64,000 nucleotides of DNA from an uncultured Verrucomicrobiae bacterium (GCA_963837955.1 CAWIPH010000002.1:1088001-1152000), one strand, 5' to 3'; counted from the first letter of the stretch, positions 1-9,441 are shown. Numbers and translations: made by a program. Notes: generated by a model not told the origin, from the letters alone.

Positions 1-2
1 AA

Positions 3-536
3 CCCCTGATCGCACATGCAGTGGATACGCTGCTGGCATCTGAGGTTGATGAGGTCGTCGTAGTTCTAGGACATCAGGCCGAGGAGGTACGAAATCAACT
101 CCAGGGGAGGCGGGTCAGGCTAGTTCAGAATCCCGACTACCGCGAAGGTTTAAGTACCTCCGTTCGCATCGGGGTGAGGGCGGTGTCTCCTCAGGCAGAG
201 GGCATCATGATTTACTTAGCCGATCAGCCCCTCCTTCAGCCCGCCGATGTCAACTGCTTAACCAGGGCATTTGCTCAGGCGAAGCAGGTTAACAAAAGCA
301 TTGTCGTTCCTCTTTTCCATGGACAAAGAGGCAACCCGGTAATCCTGAACGCCTCCTACCGGGAGACGATACTCGAAGTGATTGGAGATGTAGGCTGCAA
401 GAGCATAATCAAGCGCTATCCTGACAAAGTTTTCGCAGTTGAGATGGAAACCGATCACGTCGTGCGCGACGTGGATAATATAGATGATTACGAAGAGGTC
501 GTAAGTTCCTCCTCGCGCGGTCATAAGGGTACCTGA
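3..536 (+). CDS. mocA: Molybdenum cofactor cytidylyltransferase-like nucleotidyltransferase (5'-partial)
   Basis: Frame is open from the window edge (PLIAHAVDT). Motifs VVVVLGH, NPDYREGLSTS, LADQP, GQRGNPV, GDVG and DVDNIDDY are typical of MocA/YgfJ NTP transferases. Confidence 0.75.
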   Translation, partial: PLIAHAVDTLLASEVDEVVVVLGHQAEEVRNQLQGRRVRLVQNPDYREGLSTSVRIGVRAVSPQAEGIMIYLADQPLLQPADVNCLTRAFAQAKQVNKSIVVPLFHGQRGNPVILNASYRETILEVIGDVGCKSIIKRYPDKVFAVEMETDHVVRDVDNIDDYEEVVSSSSRGHKGT

Positions 537-545
537 CTTAAATAA

Positions 546-1664
546 ATGAAAGCGGCGATCTTGCATCAAATGGGACTTCCTCGCCCGTACGCGAAATCAA
601 AACCATTAACGGTGGAGGAGGTTAGTCTCGATCCACCGGGACCCGGAGAATTGCTGATAAAGATCAAAGCGACCGGCCTATGTCACTCCGATCTTTCGGT
701 CGTCAACGGAGACCGGCCAAGACCTACGCCGATGGTCTTGGGCCACGAGTCCGCCGGCGAAGTCCAGGAATGCGGCTTTGGCGTCGACGATCTGAAACCG
801 GGTGATCAGGTGGTCTTGGCCTTCATACCTTCGTGTGGCAGTTGTATTCCGTGCATGGAAGGTCGTCCGGCTCTATGCGAGCCGGGTGCTCGCGCTAACG
901 TAGCGGGAACATTGCTTTCTGGAACCAGGCGTCTTCACCAGGGCGAAACCGCTGTGCATCACCATATCGGTGTATCCGGATATGCAGAATATGCAGTCGT
1001 ATCTCGCCGCTCAGCGATCAAGGTGGACTCTTCCTTGCCTGCGCACGAAGCGGCGCTTTTTGGTTGTGCGGTTCTCACCGGCGTCGGAGCCGTGGTAAAT
1101 ACGGCGAAAGTGCCGGCGGGTAGTTCCGTTGCGATAGTCGGTCTCGGGGGAGTCGGGCTGAGCATGCTATTGGGTGCGAATCTCGCCGGAGCGGCCGAAA
1201 TCGTCGCTGTTGATACGAAGCCGGACAAACTCGAGGTGGCGACACGTTTGGGAGCAACCAAGACCGTAAAGGCCGGACCAGACGCGGCCCAGGAGATTCG
1301 CGACCTGACCAAAGGCGGGGTTGACTTTGCTTTCGAAGGAGCGAGTTCGGTTGCCGCCCTGCAACTGGCTTACGAAATAACCAAGCGTGGAGGCACAACG
1401 GTTACCGCCAGTCTCCCTCATCCTGATCATCGGTTATCCATTCCCGTCGTACAGCTGACCGCGGAGGAGCGAACTCTGAAAGGTTCCTACTTCGGTTCCT
1501 GTGTTCCAGCTCGAGATATACCTCGATTTATCAGTCTGTACCAGCGAGGCAAACTCCCGGTTAACAAACTTCTCAGTGAGATCGTTCAACTTGAAGAGCT
1601 GAACGAAGCATTCGATCGCTTGGCAGACGCTAAATCGATCCGCCAGGTCATGACGATTGGTTGA
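546..1664 (+). CDS. Zinc-dependent alcohol dehydrogenase (MDR, class III-like)
   Basis: GLCHSD, GHE, structural Zn CxxCxxCx7C, LFGCAVLTGVGA, GLGGVG Rossmann motif. Confidence 0.92.
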   Translation: MKAAILHQMGLPRPYAKSKPLTVEEVSLDPPGPGELLIKIKATGLCHSDLSVVNGDRPRPTPMVLGHESAGEVQECGFGVDDLKPGDQVVLAFIPSCGSCIPCMEGRPALCEPGARANVAGTLLSGTRRLHQGETAVHHHIGVSGYAEYAVVSRRSAIKVDSSLPAHEAALFGCAVLTGVGAVVNTAKVPAGSSVAIVGLGGVGLSMLLGANLAGAAEIVAVDTKPDKLEVATRLGATKTVKAGPDAAQEIRDLTKGGVDFAFEGASSVAALQLAYEITKRGGTTVTASLPHPDHRLSIPVVQLTAEERTLKGSYFGSCVPARDIPRFISLYQRGKLPVNKLLSEIVQLEELNEAFDRLADAKSIRQVMTIG

Positions 1665-1858
1665 GCCCGAAGCTCGGAGAGCAACCCTTCGATGAAATAG
1701 CGCTGGCCGACCTGGCTCCCGTGTATTGCCATCCGAGCAGGGACCGTCTGCCCTCTCACCAATCACTTTCGACGCTCCCGACGCTCTCCGACTTCGCTCC
1801 GTCGTCTGAAACTCCGTCAGGCTTCGTCGGACAAGCCGGCGCTCCCAGTGCTCTCGGC

Positions 1859-2024
1859 GTTCCCGGGGTTCCCGGCGTTCCCGGCGGTTCCCGGCGTTCC
1901 CGGCGTTCCCGGCGTTCCCGGCGTTCCCGGCGTTCCCGGCGTTCCCGGCGTTCCCGGCGTTCCCGGCGTTCCCGGCGTTCCCGGCGTTCCCGGCGTTCCC
2001 GGCGTTCCCGGCGTTCCCCCCGGC
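1859..2024. repeat. 9-bp tandem repeat (GTTCCCGGC)n, about 18 units
   Basis: Three units at 1859-1885, one extra G, 14 perfect units at 1887-2012, and one C-expanded unit at 2013-2024. Confidence 0.97.
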
Positions 2025-2025
2025 T

Positions 2026-2040
2026 TGGCACAGCCCATGC
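2026..2040 (+). promoter_or_regulatory. Possible sigma-54 -24/-12 promoter
   Basis: TGGCACAGCCCATGC matches TGGCAC-N5-TTGC spacing with one mismatch. It lies just after the tandem repeat and just before the MFS gene. Confidence 0.4.
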
Positions 2041-2052
2041 TCGATACGAGGC

Positions 2053-3348
2053 ATGGCGATCGAGGCTCCCCCACTACCCCGTCAACAGCTCCAAACGAAC
2101 CGCTGGCTGCAACTCCTGTTCGGCTTGGTCTGCATGATGGCTATTTCTAGTCCGCAATACGTGTGGACTTTATTCACCGGACCGTTCACCAGCCATCTAG
2201 GTGCAACGCTGGCGCAGATACAGGTGACGTTTTCAATTCTCGTCGTGCTGCAAACATTCTTGTCACCCTTCCAAGGGTATCTGGTCGACGTGTTCGGACC
2301 GAGAATCCTGCTTTCCATCGGGGCGATACTTTCGGCTGCCAGCTGGGTATTGGCCGCATCGGTTAAGAGTACGCTCGGCCTGTATCTTACTTACGGGCTG
2401 CTCGGCGGAATCGGGACAGGCATCATTTATGTTGGGGTGGTTGGTCTAATGGTGCGCTGGTTTCCCGATAAGCGAGGATTTGCCTGCGGCATTGTTGCCG
2501 CCGGTTACGGAATGGGCGCCATCCTCACCACGTTCCCGATCTCGGCTAGCCTGGCCGCGGTTGGTCCTCAAACCACCCTGGTCACCTTCGGTTTAATCTT
2601 TGGCGCAATAGGGGTTCTGGCAGCTCAGGGAATGAAGCGTCCGCCAACACAATCTAAATCCGGCGATACGGGCTCAGTCCAAATGAGAACCGGCGCATCG
2701 CCGATTGTCATGCTGAGTTCGCCCATCTTCTGGGTGCTTTTTCTGATGATGTCGATGATGTCGACATCTGGCTTAATGGTCATTTCACAAATGGCCGCGT
2801 TCGCCAAGGATTTTGGAGTTGCTAACGCCATTGTTTTTGGCACGGCTGCTTTACCGCTGGCTCTCACCATCGATCGTTTTACTAACGGATTGACGCGTCC
2901 GTTCTTCGGTTGGTTATCGGACCGAATCGGCCGCGAGCAAACCATGTTCTTAGCCTTCGGTTTGGAAGGTTTGGCCATGTTGATCTGGCTGACCACCCGA
3001 GAAAATGCGCTGCTTTTTGTACTTCTCTCTGGCGTAGTGTTTTTTGGTTGGGGCGAAATCTTTTCTCTATTTCCTTCGACCCTGACGGACACCTTCGGCG
3101 AACTTCACGCTACCACCAATTACGGTTTTCTTTATATGGCCCAGGGCGTTGGCTCGGTAATCGGTGGACCTCTCGCTGCCTGGCTTCACGAAGTCACCGG
3201 TAACTGGATCATTGTGTTTAGCGTCATGATCCTAGTGGATTTTCTGGCGGCGATCATGGCAATCGGCGCGTTGAAACCGCTCAGAAAGAGTAGGGGACAA
3301 GCGTATACCCAGCCGGTGAGTACGGACAAAGCACCGCTGCCAGTCTAG
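2053..3348 (+). CDS. MFS transporter, oxalate/formate antiporter (OxlT/OFA) family
   Basis: About 12 hydrophobic segments; [45 protein letters not shown] motifs. Confidence 0.88.
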   Translation: MAIEAPPLPRQQLQTNRWLQLLFGLVCMMAISSPQYVWTLFTGPFTSHLGATLAQIQVTFSILVVLQTFLSPFQGYLVDVFGPRILLSIGAILSAASWVLAASVKSTLGLYLTYGLLGGIGTGIIYVGVVGLMVRWFPDKRGFACGIVAAGYGMGAILTTFPISASLAAVGPQTTLVTFGLIFGAIGVLAAQGMKRPPTQSKSGDTGSVQMRTGASPIVMLSSPIFWVLFLMMSMMSTSGLMVISQMAAFAKDFGVANAIVFGTAALPLALTIDRFTNGLTRPFFGWLSDRIGREQTMFLAFGLEGLAMLIWLTTRENALLFVLLSGVVFFGWGEIFSLFPSTLTDTFGELHATTNYGFLYMAQGVGSVIGGPLAAWLHEVTGNWIIVFSVMILVDFLAAIMAIGALKPLRKSRGQAYTQPVSTDKAPLPV

Positions 3349-3475
3349 ATCACAAGGCGCATCCATTTTACGGATCGCGGGGACGCGATCCGTTCCCGCG
3401 TGGGGCGTCGAACGCGACCGTTGCTCTGATGAGATTTGGATCGTATTCATAGTTTCCGGGTTCCGGATCTTTCCA

Positions 3476-4189
3476 ATGACTCTTTGGAGATCGTTACTTC
3501 TTATCTATCCCACAATTGATGTGCGGCTTCGGCTGCGGCCGTTTCACTCAACCCGATTCGAGTACGCTCTGTCGGATCAAGAAGTCCGGGATGCAATTGA
3601 ATCATTCCAACAGTTTCCAGCGCTCGTCGAAGATCTCGCTTCTGGTCGGGTTGGGATCCGGTATCAGATCGAGCCGATTGAGAGAAGTCTGACTTCTTTG
3701 ACTCTGATGGGGAAAGATATGTATTGGCCATCACCAGATGATACCCGGGAGGAGATTGATCAGCTTGCTTCGCCGGGAATCTATGACTCGTTATTCATTC
3801 TTTGGCCCCAGCACAGCCTGAAAGACGATACATCCGTTCCATCTGGGGGATGGGGACTTGCTATCGGTGCTTCCCGCTGGTCGAATCAGGCGACGTATGC
3901 AGCCGTGGCCAATGCTGAATCTTGGAAGTGGCGCGTTCCAGTTCCCGGCGAAGTATGGCTGCATGAGTGGTTGCACGGAGTTTGTGCGTTCTTTGCAGCG
4001 AGAGGCTACTCGATGCCGGACGGAGACGCAGATGGCGGTGCGAGACACGGATACACTCAATCGCCTGCTTCCGGTTGGACGGATTATTATCGTGACCTAA
4101 TGACCGGTAAGGTTCATTGCCAGGGAAGACAGACCGGTATACCTCTGGATGCTTGGCAACACAGGCCGGAACACACGCAGAGTGCTTGA
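3476..4189 (+). CDS. Hypothetical protein with HExxH zinc-metallopeptidase-like motif
   Basis: 237-aa ORF with EVWLHEWLHG; no family recognised. Confidence 0.65.
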   Translation: MTLWRSLLLIYPTIDVRLRLRPFHSTRFEYALSDQEVRDAIESFQQFPALVEDLASGRVGIRYQIEPIERSLTSLTLMGKDMYWPSPDDTREEIDQLASPGIYDSLFILWPQHSLKDDTSVPSGGWGLAIGASRWSNQATYAAVANAESWKWRVPVPGEVWLHEWLHGVCAFFAARGYSMPDGDADGGARHGYTQSPASGWTDYYRDLMTGKVHCQGRQTGIPLDAWQHRPEHTQSA

Positions 4190-4350
4190 TTTTCGTAGCG
4201 CGCCGGCACCCCTAATCGTCCTCATCTCAGCTGAGCTCGTCGAGTCGGGAGCGTTCGACCGGCTTTCTTCGGACAGAAATGGGCGCCAAATGCGTCGCAT
4301 GCGTGCGAGCCTGCTCGGCATTTCGAGCCGATGACGAAAGCCTTCCCGCA

Positions 4351-4368
4351 GACGCGAGATCTCGCGTC
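4351..4368. repeat. Perfect 18-bp palindrome between convergent genes (possible terminator or REP-like hairpin)
   Basis: GACGCGAGATCTCGCGTC is its own reverse complement; no U-tract. Confidence 0.55.
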
Positions 4369-4391
4369 CGCAGGGTTAGACCAGGATTGGG

Positions 4392-4814
4392 TTAGTGTTT
4401 CTTCGGAGTTGCGGTGGGTGCAGGGGCGTGCTCGAAGAGTTCCTTCTTAGATGTCTTCCATTTGGCCTGCTGCTCCGGCGTTAACACGGCATTAATGTCG
4501 TCATTGTACTGCTTGCGCAGCGCGTTCCGCTTTGAGTTCTTTTCCTCTTTGGTAGCCTTGGTGTCGTTCTTGTTAGCGAGGATGTCCGAGACGTATTTCT
4601 CGACGATTGGCTTAACCTTCTTCTCTTGAGCGGGCGTTAGGTTGACTTCCTTTTTAAGGTTTGCTAACCGCTCGGTCGCAGTTTCCGGCGTTTTGGGAAC
4701 TGCCGTAGCCGAGGGAGGAGGAGGTGGGGTGCCTTTTTCGGCAGCGTAGGATGTAGCTACCGTGGCTGCCAGTATTAACACTGGGACAACACGGAGCAAG
4801 GGTAGGGATTTCAT
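4392..4814 (-). CDS. Secreted Spy/CpxP-like LTxxQ-motif protein
   Basis: Signal peptide ending SYA-A, Pro-rich linker, two LTxxQ motifs (LTPAQ, LTPEQ). Confidence 0.75.
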   Translation of the reverse strand: MKSLPLLRVVPVLILAATVATSYAAEKGTPPPPPSATAVPKTPETATERLANLKKEVNLTPAQEKKVKPIVEKYVSDILANKNDTKATKEEKNSKRNALRKQYNDDINAVLTPEQQAKWKTSKKELFEHAPAPTATPKKH

Positions 4815-4850
4815 ACAATTGTTCTAACCCATCTCGTCACAGGAAGTTGC

Positions 4851-5131
4851 GGCCACCACTGCGCGGCGATGACAAATAGCAGGACCGTTACGCGGTAATG
4901 ACAAATAGCAAATAGCGGCCACCACTTCGTGGTGATAGCAGATAGCAGATAGCAGATAGCAGATAGCAAACAGCAAAGACGAGGACAGGGTTCGATCAGG
5001 CTACAACCGCCCGATTTGATCGGTCCGAGCAGGCAACTGCGTCCAGGCGACCCATCGAGAGTGAATGTCCAAAAGCCAATCTGCTATCTGCTATTTGCTA
5101 TTTGCTATTTGCCATCACCGCGTAGCGGTCC
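4851..5131. repeat. Composite hairpin-plus-heptamer repeat: three forward units and one inverted unit
   Basis: Heads ACCACTGCGCGG, ACCGTTACGCGGT and ACCACTTCGTGGT are each followed by (R)ATAGCA heptamers (GATAGCA x5 at 4934-4968). 4882-4916 matches the reverse complement of 5097-5131 at 32/35 positions. Confidence 0.9.
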
Positions 5132-5142
5132 AGGATGGTCAA

Positions 5143-5820
5143 GTGATCAGGCCAGCGGTTCCCGACGATGCTCCCAAAGCAGTTCCTCTCATATTAGAAG
5201 CGATCGGATCGATAGCGTTTGTTTTGACGGCGACGACCGATCGTAAGGAGGCCGGTTTCATCCTCGATCAGTTCTTTCGGCAGGAGGGCAATCGAGTCAG
5301 TTATCAGAACGTGCTCGTCCTCGAAGATCAGGTAGACAGCTCCGAGCAAGGTAGAGAGGGCTCCCTCGAGCGAAGTCGAGAAGCCGGCTTCGAGCGAAGC
5401 CGAGACGATATCGTTGAGCAAAGTCGAGAGGGCATCCTCGAGCGAAGCCGAGAGGTTGTCGGTGTCGCACTCATCTATGATGGTTTGCGAGCCAGGTTTT
5501 TGGACTTGCCGCTCGAGAAAGCGGCCAGGGAGAAATCCGGCCTTTCCGAGTATTGTATTCCCACGGAGGCGGAAACCTCAGAATTTTATCTAGATACGGT
5601 TAGTGTTCATGCCAAGTGCCAGGGACGAGGATTCGGACGGAATTTGATCGAAACATCCTGTGAGCACGCTCGTGAGTTTGGACATGATCGGATCGGACTC
5701 CTGGTCGACGTAGGGAACTTGGGTGCGAAACGGCTATACGAACGGCTGGGGTTCCAGGTCGAAGGCGAAAAGGAGATCGCGGGAGACGAGTACTTTCACA
5801 TGGTGCGGAAGTTGCCTTAG
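5143..5820 (+). CDS. GNAT family N-acetyltransferase with an internal 8-aa repeat insert
   Basis: FYLDTVSV..QGRGFG motif A and N.GAKRLYERLGF motif B. Start placed at GTG 5143 because the upstream in-frame stretch is just the translated heptamer repeat. Confidence 0.85.
   Translation: MIRPAVPDDAPKAVPLILEAIGSIAFVLTATTDRKEAGFILDQFFRQEGNRVSYQNVLVLEDQVDSSEQGREGSLERSREAGFERSRDDIVEQSREGILERSREVVGVALIYDGLRARFLDLPLEKAAREKSGLSEYCIPTEAETSEFYLDTVSVHAKCQGRGFGRNLIETSCEHAREFGHDRIGLLVDVGNLGAKRLYERLGFQVEGEKEIAGDEYFHMVRKLP
5344..5463 (+). repeat. Five degenerate 24-bp in-frame repeats within the GNAT gene
   Basis: GAGC(G/A)A(A/G)G(T/C)(C/A)GAGA cores at 5344, 5368, 5392, 5416 and 5440, encoding EQGRE/ERSRE/ERSRD/EQSRE/ERSRE. 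Confidence 0.85.
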
Positions 5821-5904
5821 TACGGCAGGATTCAGCAGTTCATCGTTTGCTTGATTTACAACCACCAACATCAATGTGGCATCATCGGAGAGCCTACATC
5901 CCAG

Positions 5905-6846
5905 CTACTTGGTGCTGACGGGCTTTACTTTTTGTGACGATTGGACTCCTCCTGGCCTTCGGAGCCGCGGTCGTTGGTCCCGCACAAATTTGGTGAATTC
6001 GATAACGCAAAGACTCGATTTCTTTTGCCGGGACGTGGCGAGAGCAAGCATGCGCCGGGGCCGGATACCGGTGAGCGAACGGTAGACAATTCCATTGCTC
6101 GGCGCGTCGTGCAGGGCCATTTCCGGGATGAGCGAGATCCCTAGTCCGGCCTGCACCATGGCTAGAACTGTTCCGATCTGCGCACTCCGACAACTGATCT
6201 CGGGCCGGAATCCCTTGCTTTCACAAAACTGTTGGGCCTGAGCGCCGAGGCAATGTCCATCCTGCATAAGAATAAATTTTTCCTGCCGCAAATCGCCGGC
6301 GATCACCGTTTTTTGATGAACCAACGGATGCAAAGCAGGTAGACACAAAAAAAGTTCTTCGCTAAAGAGCTTCTGTATCTCAATTCGGGGGTTAGCGGAG
6401 GCCTCGCTAATCAGTGCAAGATCGAGTTCCTTTTCTTCCAAGCCCCGCAAGAGCTGCTGCGTCGTCTCCTCATGGAGAATCAGTTCGACACCAGGGAATT
6501 TTTCTCGGAATGAGCGAATGATATTAGGCAAAAAATAAGGGGCGATAGTCGGCAGCGCACCGAGAAGGATTTTTCCTCGGACTTTGCCGCCCATTTCGCG
6601 GATTTCCTGGCGTCCTTGCTCTGCGGCTTCCAGGATGTTCAGCGCGTGAGGCAGAAACAGCGAGCCGGCCGGAGTTAGAATAGCCTGGCGCTGAGTTCTC
6701 TCGAAAAGTCGTTCACCGACCTCGTCCTCCAGCTTCAGGATCTGCTGACTGAGGGATGGCTGCGCTACGCGGCATTCTCGGGCGGCACGGCTGAAGTTAC
6801 CTGTCCGCGCGACAGCAGCAAAATAGCGGAGCTGATGCATCTCCAT
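5905..6846 (-). CDS. oxyR: LysR-family peroxide sensor OxyR
   Basis: LysR HTH (FSRAA..VAQPSLSQQI). DGHCLGAQAQQFC keeps the two redox cysteines 9 residues apart. Divergent from catalase. Confidence 0.88.
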   Translation of the reverse strand: MEMHQLRYFAAVARTGNFSRAARECRVAQPSLSQQILKLEDEVGERLFERTQRQAILTPAGSLFLPHALNILEAAEQGRQEIREMGGKVRGKILLGALPTIAPYFLPNIIRSFREKFPGVELILHEETTQQLLRGLEEKELDLALISEASANPRIEIQKLFSEELFLCLPALHPLVHQKTVIAGDLRQEKFILMQDGHCLGAQAQQFCESKGFRPEISCRSAQIGTVLAMVQAGLGISLIPEMALHDAPSNGIVYRSLTGIRPRRMLALATSRQKKSSLCVIEFTKFVRDQRPRLRRPGGVQSSQKVKPVSTK

Positions 6847-6892
6847 AGGCTGTTCCTATTCTAGACATAGGAAACTCATATTTCAAACCTAT
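6845..6892. promoter_or_regulatory. OxyR binding site
   Basis: ATAG-N7-CTAT-N7-ATAG-N7-ATAT-N7-CTAT, with tetramers at 6845, 6856, 6867, 6878 and 6889. Confidence 0.85.
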
Positions 6893-6937
6893 AAAAGGAT
6901 CGGCTACTGAATTCGCATCCTTCAAAAGGAAGCAAAT

Positions 6938-8443
6938 ATGTCACAACAACCTATTCCGCCCGAAACTTTGACCACGGCATCCGGAGCTCCGGTCGAAGAT
7001 AACCAAAACAGCATCACTGCCGGACCGCGTGGTCCAGTGCTGCTCCAGGACTATTGGCTGCTGGAAAAGTTGGCAACCTTCAATCGCGAGCGTATCCCCG
7101 AGCGAATCGTGCACGCGAAAGGATCGGCCGCACACGGTACTTTGACCATCACCAACGATATCACCAGGTATTCGAAGGCAGCGGTATTTAGCAAAGTGGG
7201 AAAACAAACGCCGGCATACTTGCGGTTTTCGACCGTGGCCGGTGAGCGCGGTGCGGCCGACGCAGAAAGAGATGTCCGCGGATTTGCTCTCAAATTCTAT
7301 ACCGACGAAGGCAATTGGGATTTGGTGGGTAACAACACACCGGTGTTTTTTGTTCGGGATCCCTTAAAGTTTCCCGATTTCATTCATACCCAGAAGAGAG
7401 ACCCCAAGACCAATATGCGGAGTAATACCGCCGCCTGGGATTTCTGGAGCCTTTCACCCGAGTCGCTTCACCAGGTGACTATTTTGATGAGCGATCGCGG
7501 GTTGCCCCGCAATTTTCGCCAGATCAACGGCTATGGTTCGCATACCTACAGCTTCATCAATGCCAAAGGCGAAAGGTACTGGGTGAAATTCCATTTCAAA
7601 TCCATGCAGGGTCATACCTTTTATACCGATCAAGAGGCGACGGACGTCGTCGGCGGTGACCGCGAGTCAGCTCAGCGAGATCTGTTCGAAACCATCGAGG
7701 CTGGCAACTATCCCCGGTGGCGTTTCTGCATCCAGGTCATGCCTGAAGAAAAAGCGGAAACTTATCGCTGGAACCCGTTCGATCTGACCAAGGTTTGGCC
7801 ACATTCCGATTTCCCGTTGATTGAGGTCGGCATCCTCGAGCTCAATCGCAATCCGGAGAACTACTTTGCCGAGGTGGAACAAGCTGCCTTTTCGCCGGCC
7901 AATGTTGTCCCCGGGATTGGTCACTCGCCCGATAAGATGTTGCAGGCACGGATCTTTTCCTACGCTGACGCCCATCGTTATCGGCTCGGAGTAAACCATG
8001 AATTGATTCCGGTTAATAAGCCCCGCTGTCCGGTCATGAATTACCATCGGGACGGCTCCATGCGCGTTGATGCCAATGGGGGTGGCAGCGTTAATTACGA
8101 ACCCAATAGCTTCAATGGCCCGGTGCAACGTGCGGCTTTCAATGAACCGCCTTTGCGCATCACTGGAGACGCCACCCGCTATGATCACCGCGACGGCAAC
8201 GATGATTATACGCAGCCCGGTAACCTGTTTCGACTCTTCAATGCGGATCAAAAGGCTCGCCTGTTCGCAAACATTGCTCGGCATATGGCTCCGGTACCGC
8301 ACGAGATTCGGCTGCGCCAGATCTGCCATTTTTTCCGGGCCGATCCAGCTTACGGAATCGGCGTAGCCCAAGCTCTGGGGATCGATCTAGCTGAATTCAT
8401 GCCCGCAACCGAGCAAGTCGAAGCTTTAGCTGGAAAACACTAA
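6938..8443 (+). CDS. katA: Monofunctional small-subunit heme catalase
   Basis: [15 protein letters not shown] active-site motif, [10 protein letters not shown], proximal heme ligand motif [14 protein letters not shown]. Confidence 0.96.
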   Translation: MSQQPIPPETLTTASGAPVEDNQNSITAGPRGPVLLQDYWLLEKLATFNRERIPERIVHAKGSAAHGTLTITNDITRYSKAAVFSKVGKQTPAYLRFSTVAGERGAADAERDVRGFALKFYTDEGNWDLVGNNTPVFFVRDPLKFPDFIHTQKRDPKTNMRSNTAAWDFWSLSPESLHQVTILMSDRGLPRNFRQINGYGSHTYSFINAKGERYWVKFHFKSMQGHTFYTDQEATDVVGGDRESAQRDLFETIEAGNYPRWRFCIQVMPEEKAETYRWNPFDLTKVWPHSDFPLIEVGILELNRNPENYFAEVEQAAFSPANVVPGIGHSPDKMLQARIFSYADAHRYRLGVNHELIPVNKPRCPVMNYHRDGSMRVDANGGGSVNYEPNSFNGPVQRAAFNEPPLRITGDATRYDHRDGNDDYTQPGNLFRLFNADQKARLFANIARHMAPVPHEIRLRQICHFFRADPAYGIGVAQALGIDLAEFMPATEQVEALAGKH

Positions 8444-8444
8444 T

Positions 8445-8636
8445 ATGAAAATACAAGAACAAACTAATCTAAGGATCTATTCCAACCATTCCACTTTTGG
8501 CGGCGAACTCGACGCGCTGCAAGTCGTCCGAGTTCCGGTCGGCACTTTCGCCGGCACCCAGGAAAGACTATTTTTGATCCAAGACGGCGAGCTGCTCGGA
8601 TTCGATATCGGGAATCAGGGCGGCGGTCAGAACTAG
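8445..8636 (+). CDS. Small hypothetical protein
   Basis: ATG lies 1 nt after the catalase stop; 63 aa; ends just before the REP hairpins. Confidence 0.4.
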   Translation: MKIQEQTNLRIYSNHSTFGGELDALQVVRVPVGTFAGTQERLFLIQDGELLGFDIGNQGGGQN

Positions 8637-9441
8637 CGCTATTCATTGCATTGTCGGTAGGGCGAAAATCATTCGCCCTGCCGATCAGGGGCACCGTCCC
8701 AACGTTGGTAGGGCGAAAATTTATTTGAGCCGGGAACCCCCGGAGCGGCTCATGCAGAGCGTTCGCCCTACCGATAGGGGCGCTGGCGCGATTCGGGTTT
8801 CGGAAGAGCAGGATGGAATATCCAAAGCTTGCTACCAAACCAACAAAAATCATCGACAAAGTGGATGGTTCAGGAACAGCCGACCTACTGATCACGAGTT
8901 TGTCGTTCGAAGTTAAGGGATTCCCGATCACCGTGTAGCTCCCATTAATGTCCTGTTCAATAATCCCCTGCTGTTGGTTGGTGTTCGGGAAATAGGTTCC
9001 CCGGATTATTTTGGGGTTGGATAGCGGTCCGGAATAAATGGGTGAGGTGGGGGAAAATAGGAAAAAAATGAAATACTGCTGATAAGGACCGCCGATTTCT
9101 ATTTGCCCTCCCGATGACCCGGACTTGGCCACTTCAAAGATGTTATTCGCCTGAGGAATATTCACGAAGGTTATCGGAGCGTTGTCCCCTAGTTGATAGG
9201 TTTCAGACGTTGGGATCACGCTAAAGAAAGTGCTGCTGGAGAAGAAGGTGGGATCAGAACTGATATTTTGCGGCAGGGTGAACTGCAAATCGAAAGCCGT
9301 GTTCGGCGCCGATACGGTTGTAGTTGGAGCGGTGGCATCAAACGTCCCGGAGAAATTGAAATGGAGATTTTGGCCGCTAGCCTGAAAGATCAAGAGCGCT
9401 GAGGTCGCGCAGAGCATTCCAAAAAACCGTAGCCGTTCCAT
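8464..9441 (-). CDS. PEP-CTERM exosortase-substrate surface protein with C-terminus extended through REP repeats
   Basis: Signal peptide, Ser/Thr/Gly-rich beta-type body, AVPEPST followed by a TM helix. The tail (IGRAN..FRPT twice) is translated REP sequence. Confidence 0.8.
   Translation of the reverse strand: MERLRFFGMLCATSALLIFQASGQNLHFNFSGTFDATAPTTTVSAPNTAFDLQFTLPQNISSDPTFFSSSTFFSVIPTSETYQLGDNAPITFVNIPQANNIFEVAKSGSSGGQIEIGGPYQQYFIFFLFSPTSPIYSGPLSNPKIIRGTYFPNTNQQQGIIEQDINGSYTVIGNPLTSNDKLVISRSAVPEPSTLSMIFVGLVASFGYSILLFRNPNRASAPIGRANALHEPLRGFPAQINFRPTNVGTVPLIGRANDFRPTDNAMNSASSDRRPDSRYRIRAARRLGSKIVFPGCRRKCRPELGRLAARRVRRQKWNGWNRSLD
8654..8774. repeat. GTAG-type REP-like doublet; the second copy has a nested hairpin
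   Basis: GTAGGGCGAA-AATCA-TTCGCCCTGC at 8657-8681. GTAGGGCGAA (8708) pairs with TTCGCCCTAC (8762-8771) and encloses TGAGCCG...CGGCTCA (8726-8752). Confidence 0.85.

Noticed and set aside
1434..2150. ORFs with (NAG)n, (RRS)n, (RRE)n, (PGT)n and (VPG)n repeats, resembling collagen- or elastin-like proteins
   Set aside because: All are translations of one stop-free 9-bp DNA repeat in different frames; none has a credible start or flanking domain.
5016..5142. N-terminal extension of the GNAT (ICYLLFAIC) as a signal or TM segment
   Set aside because: It is the translated heptamer repeat; GTG 5143 gives a normal GNAT start.
1859..5463. Possible CRISPR arrays at the tandem repeats
   Set aside because: No 23-47-bp repeats separated by unique spacers of similar length, and no cas genes in the window.
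7667..8371. 234-aa antisense ORF in catalase, and similar long antisense ORFs over the AKR, RND and transposase genes
   Set aside because: Shadow ORFs of well-supported genes on the opposite strand, with no motifs.
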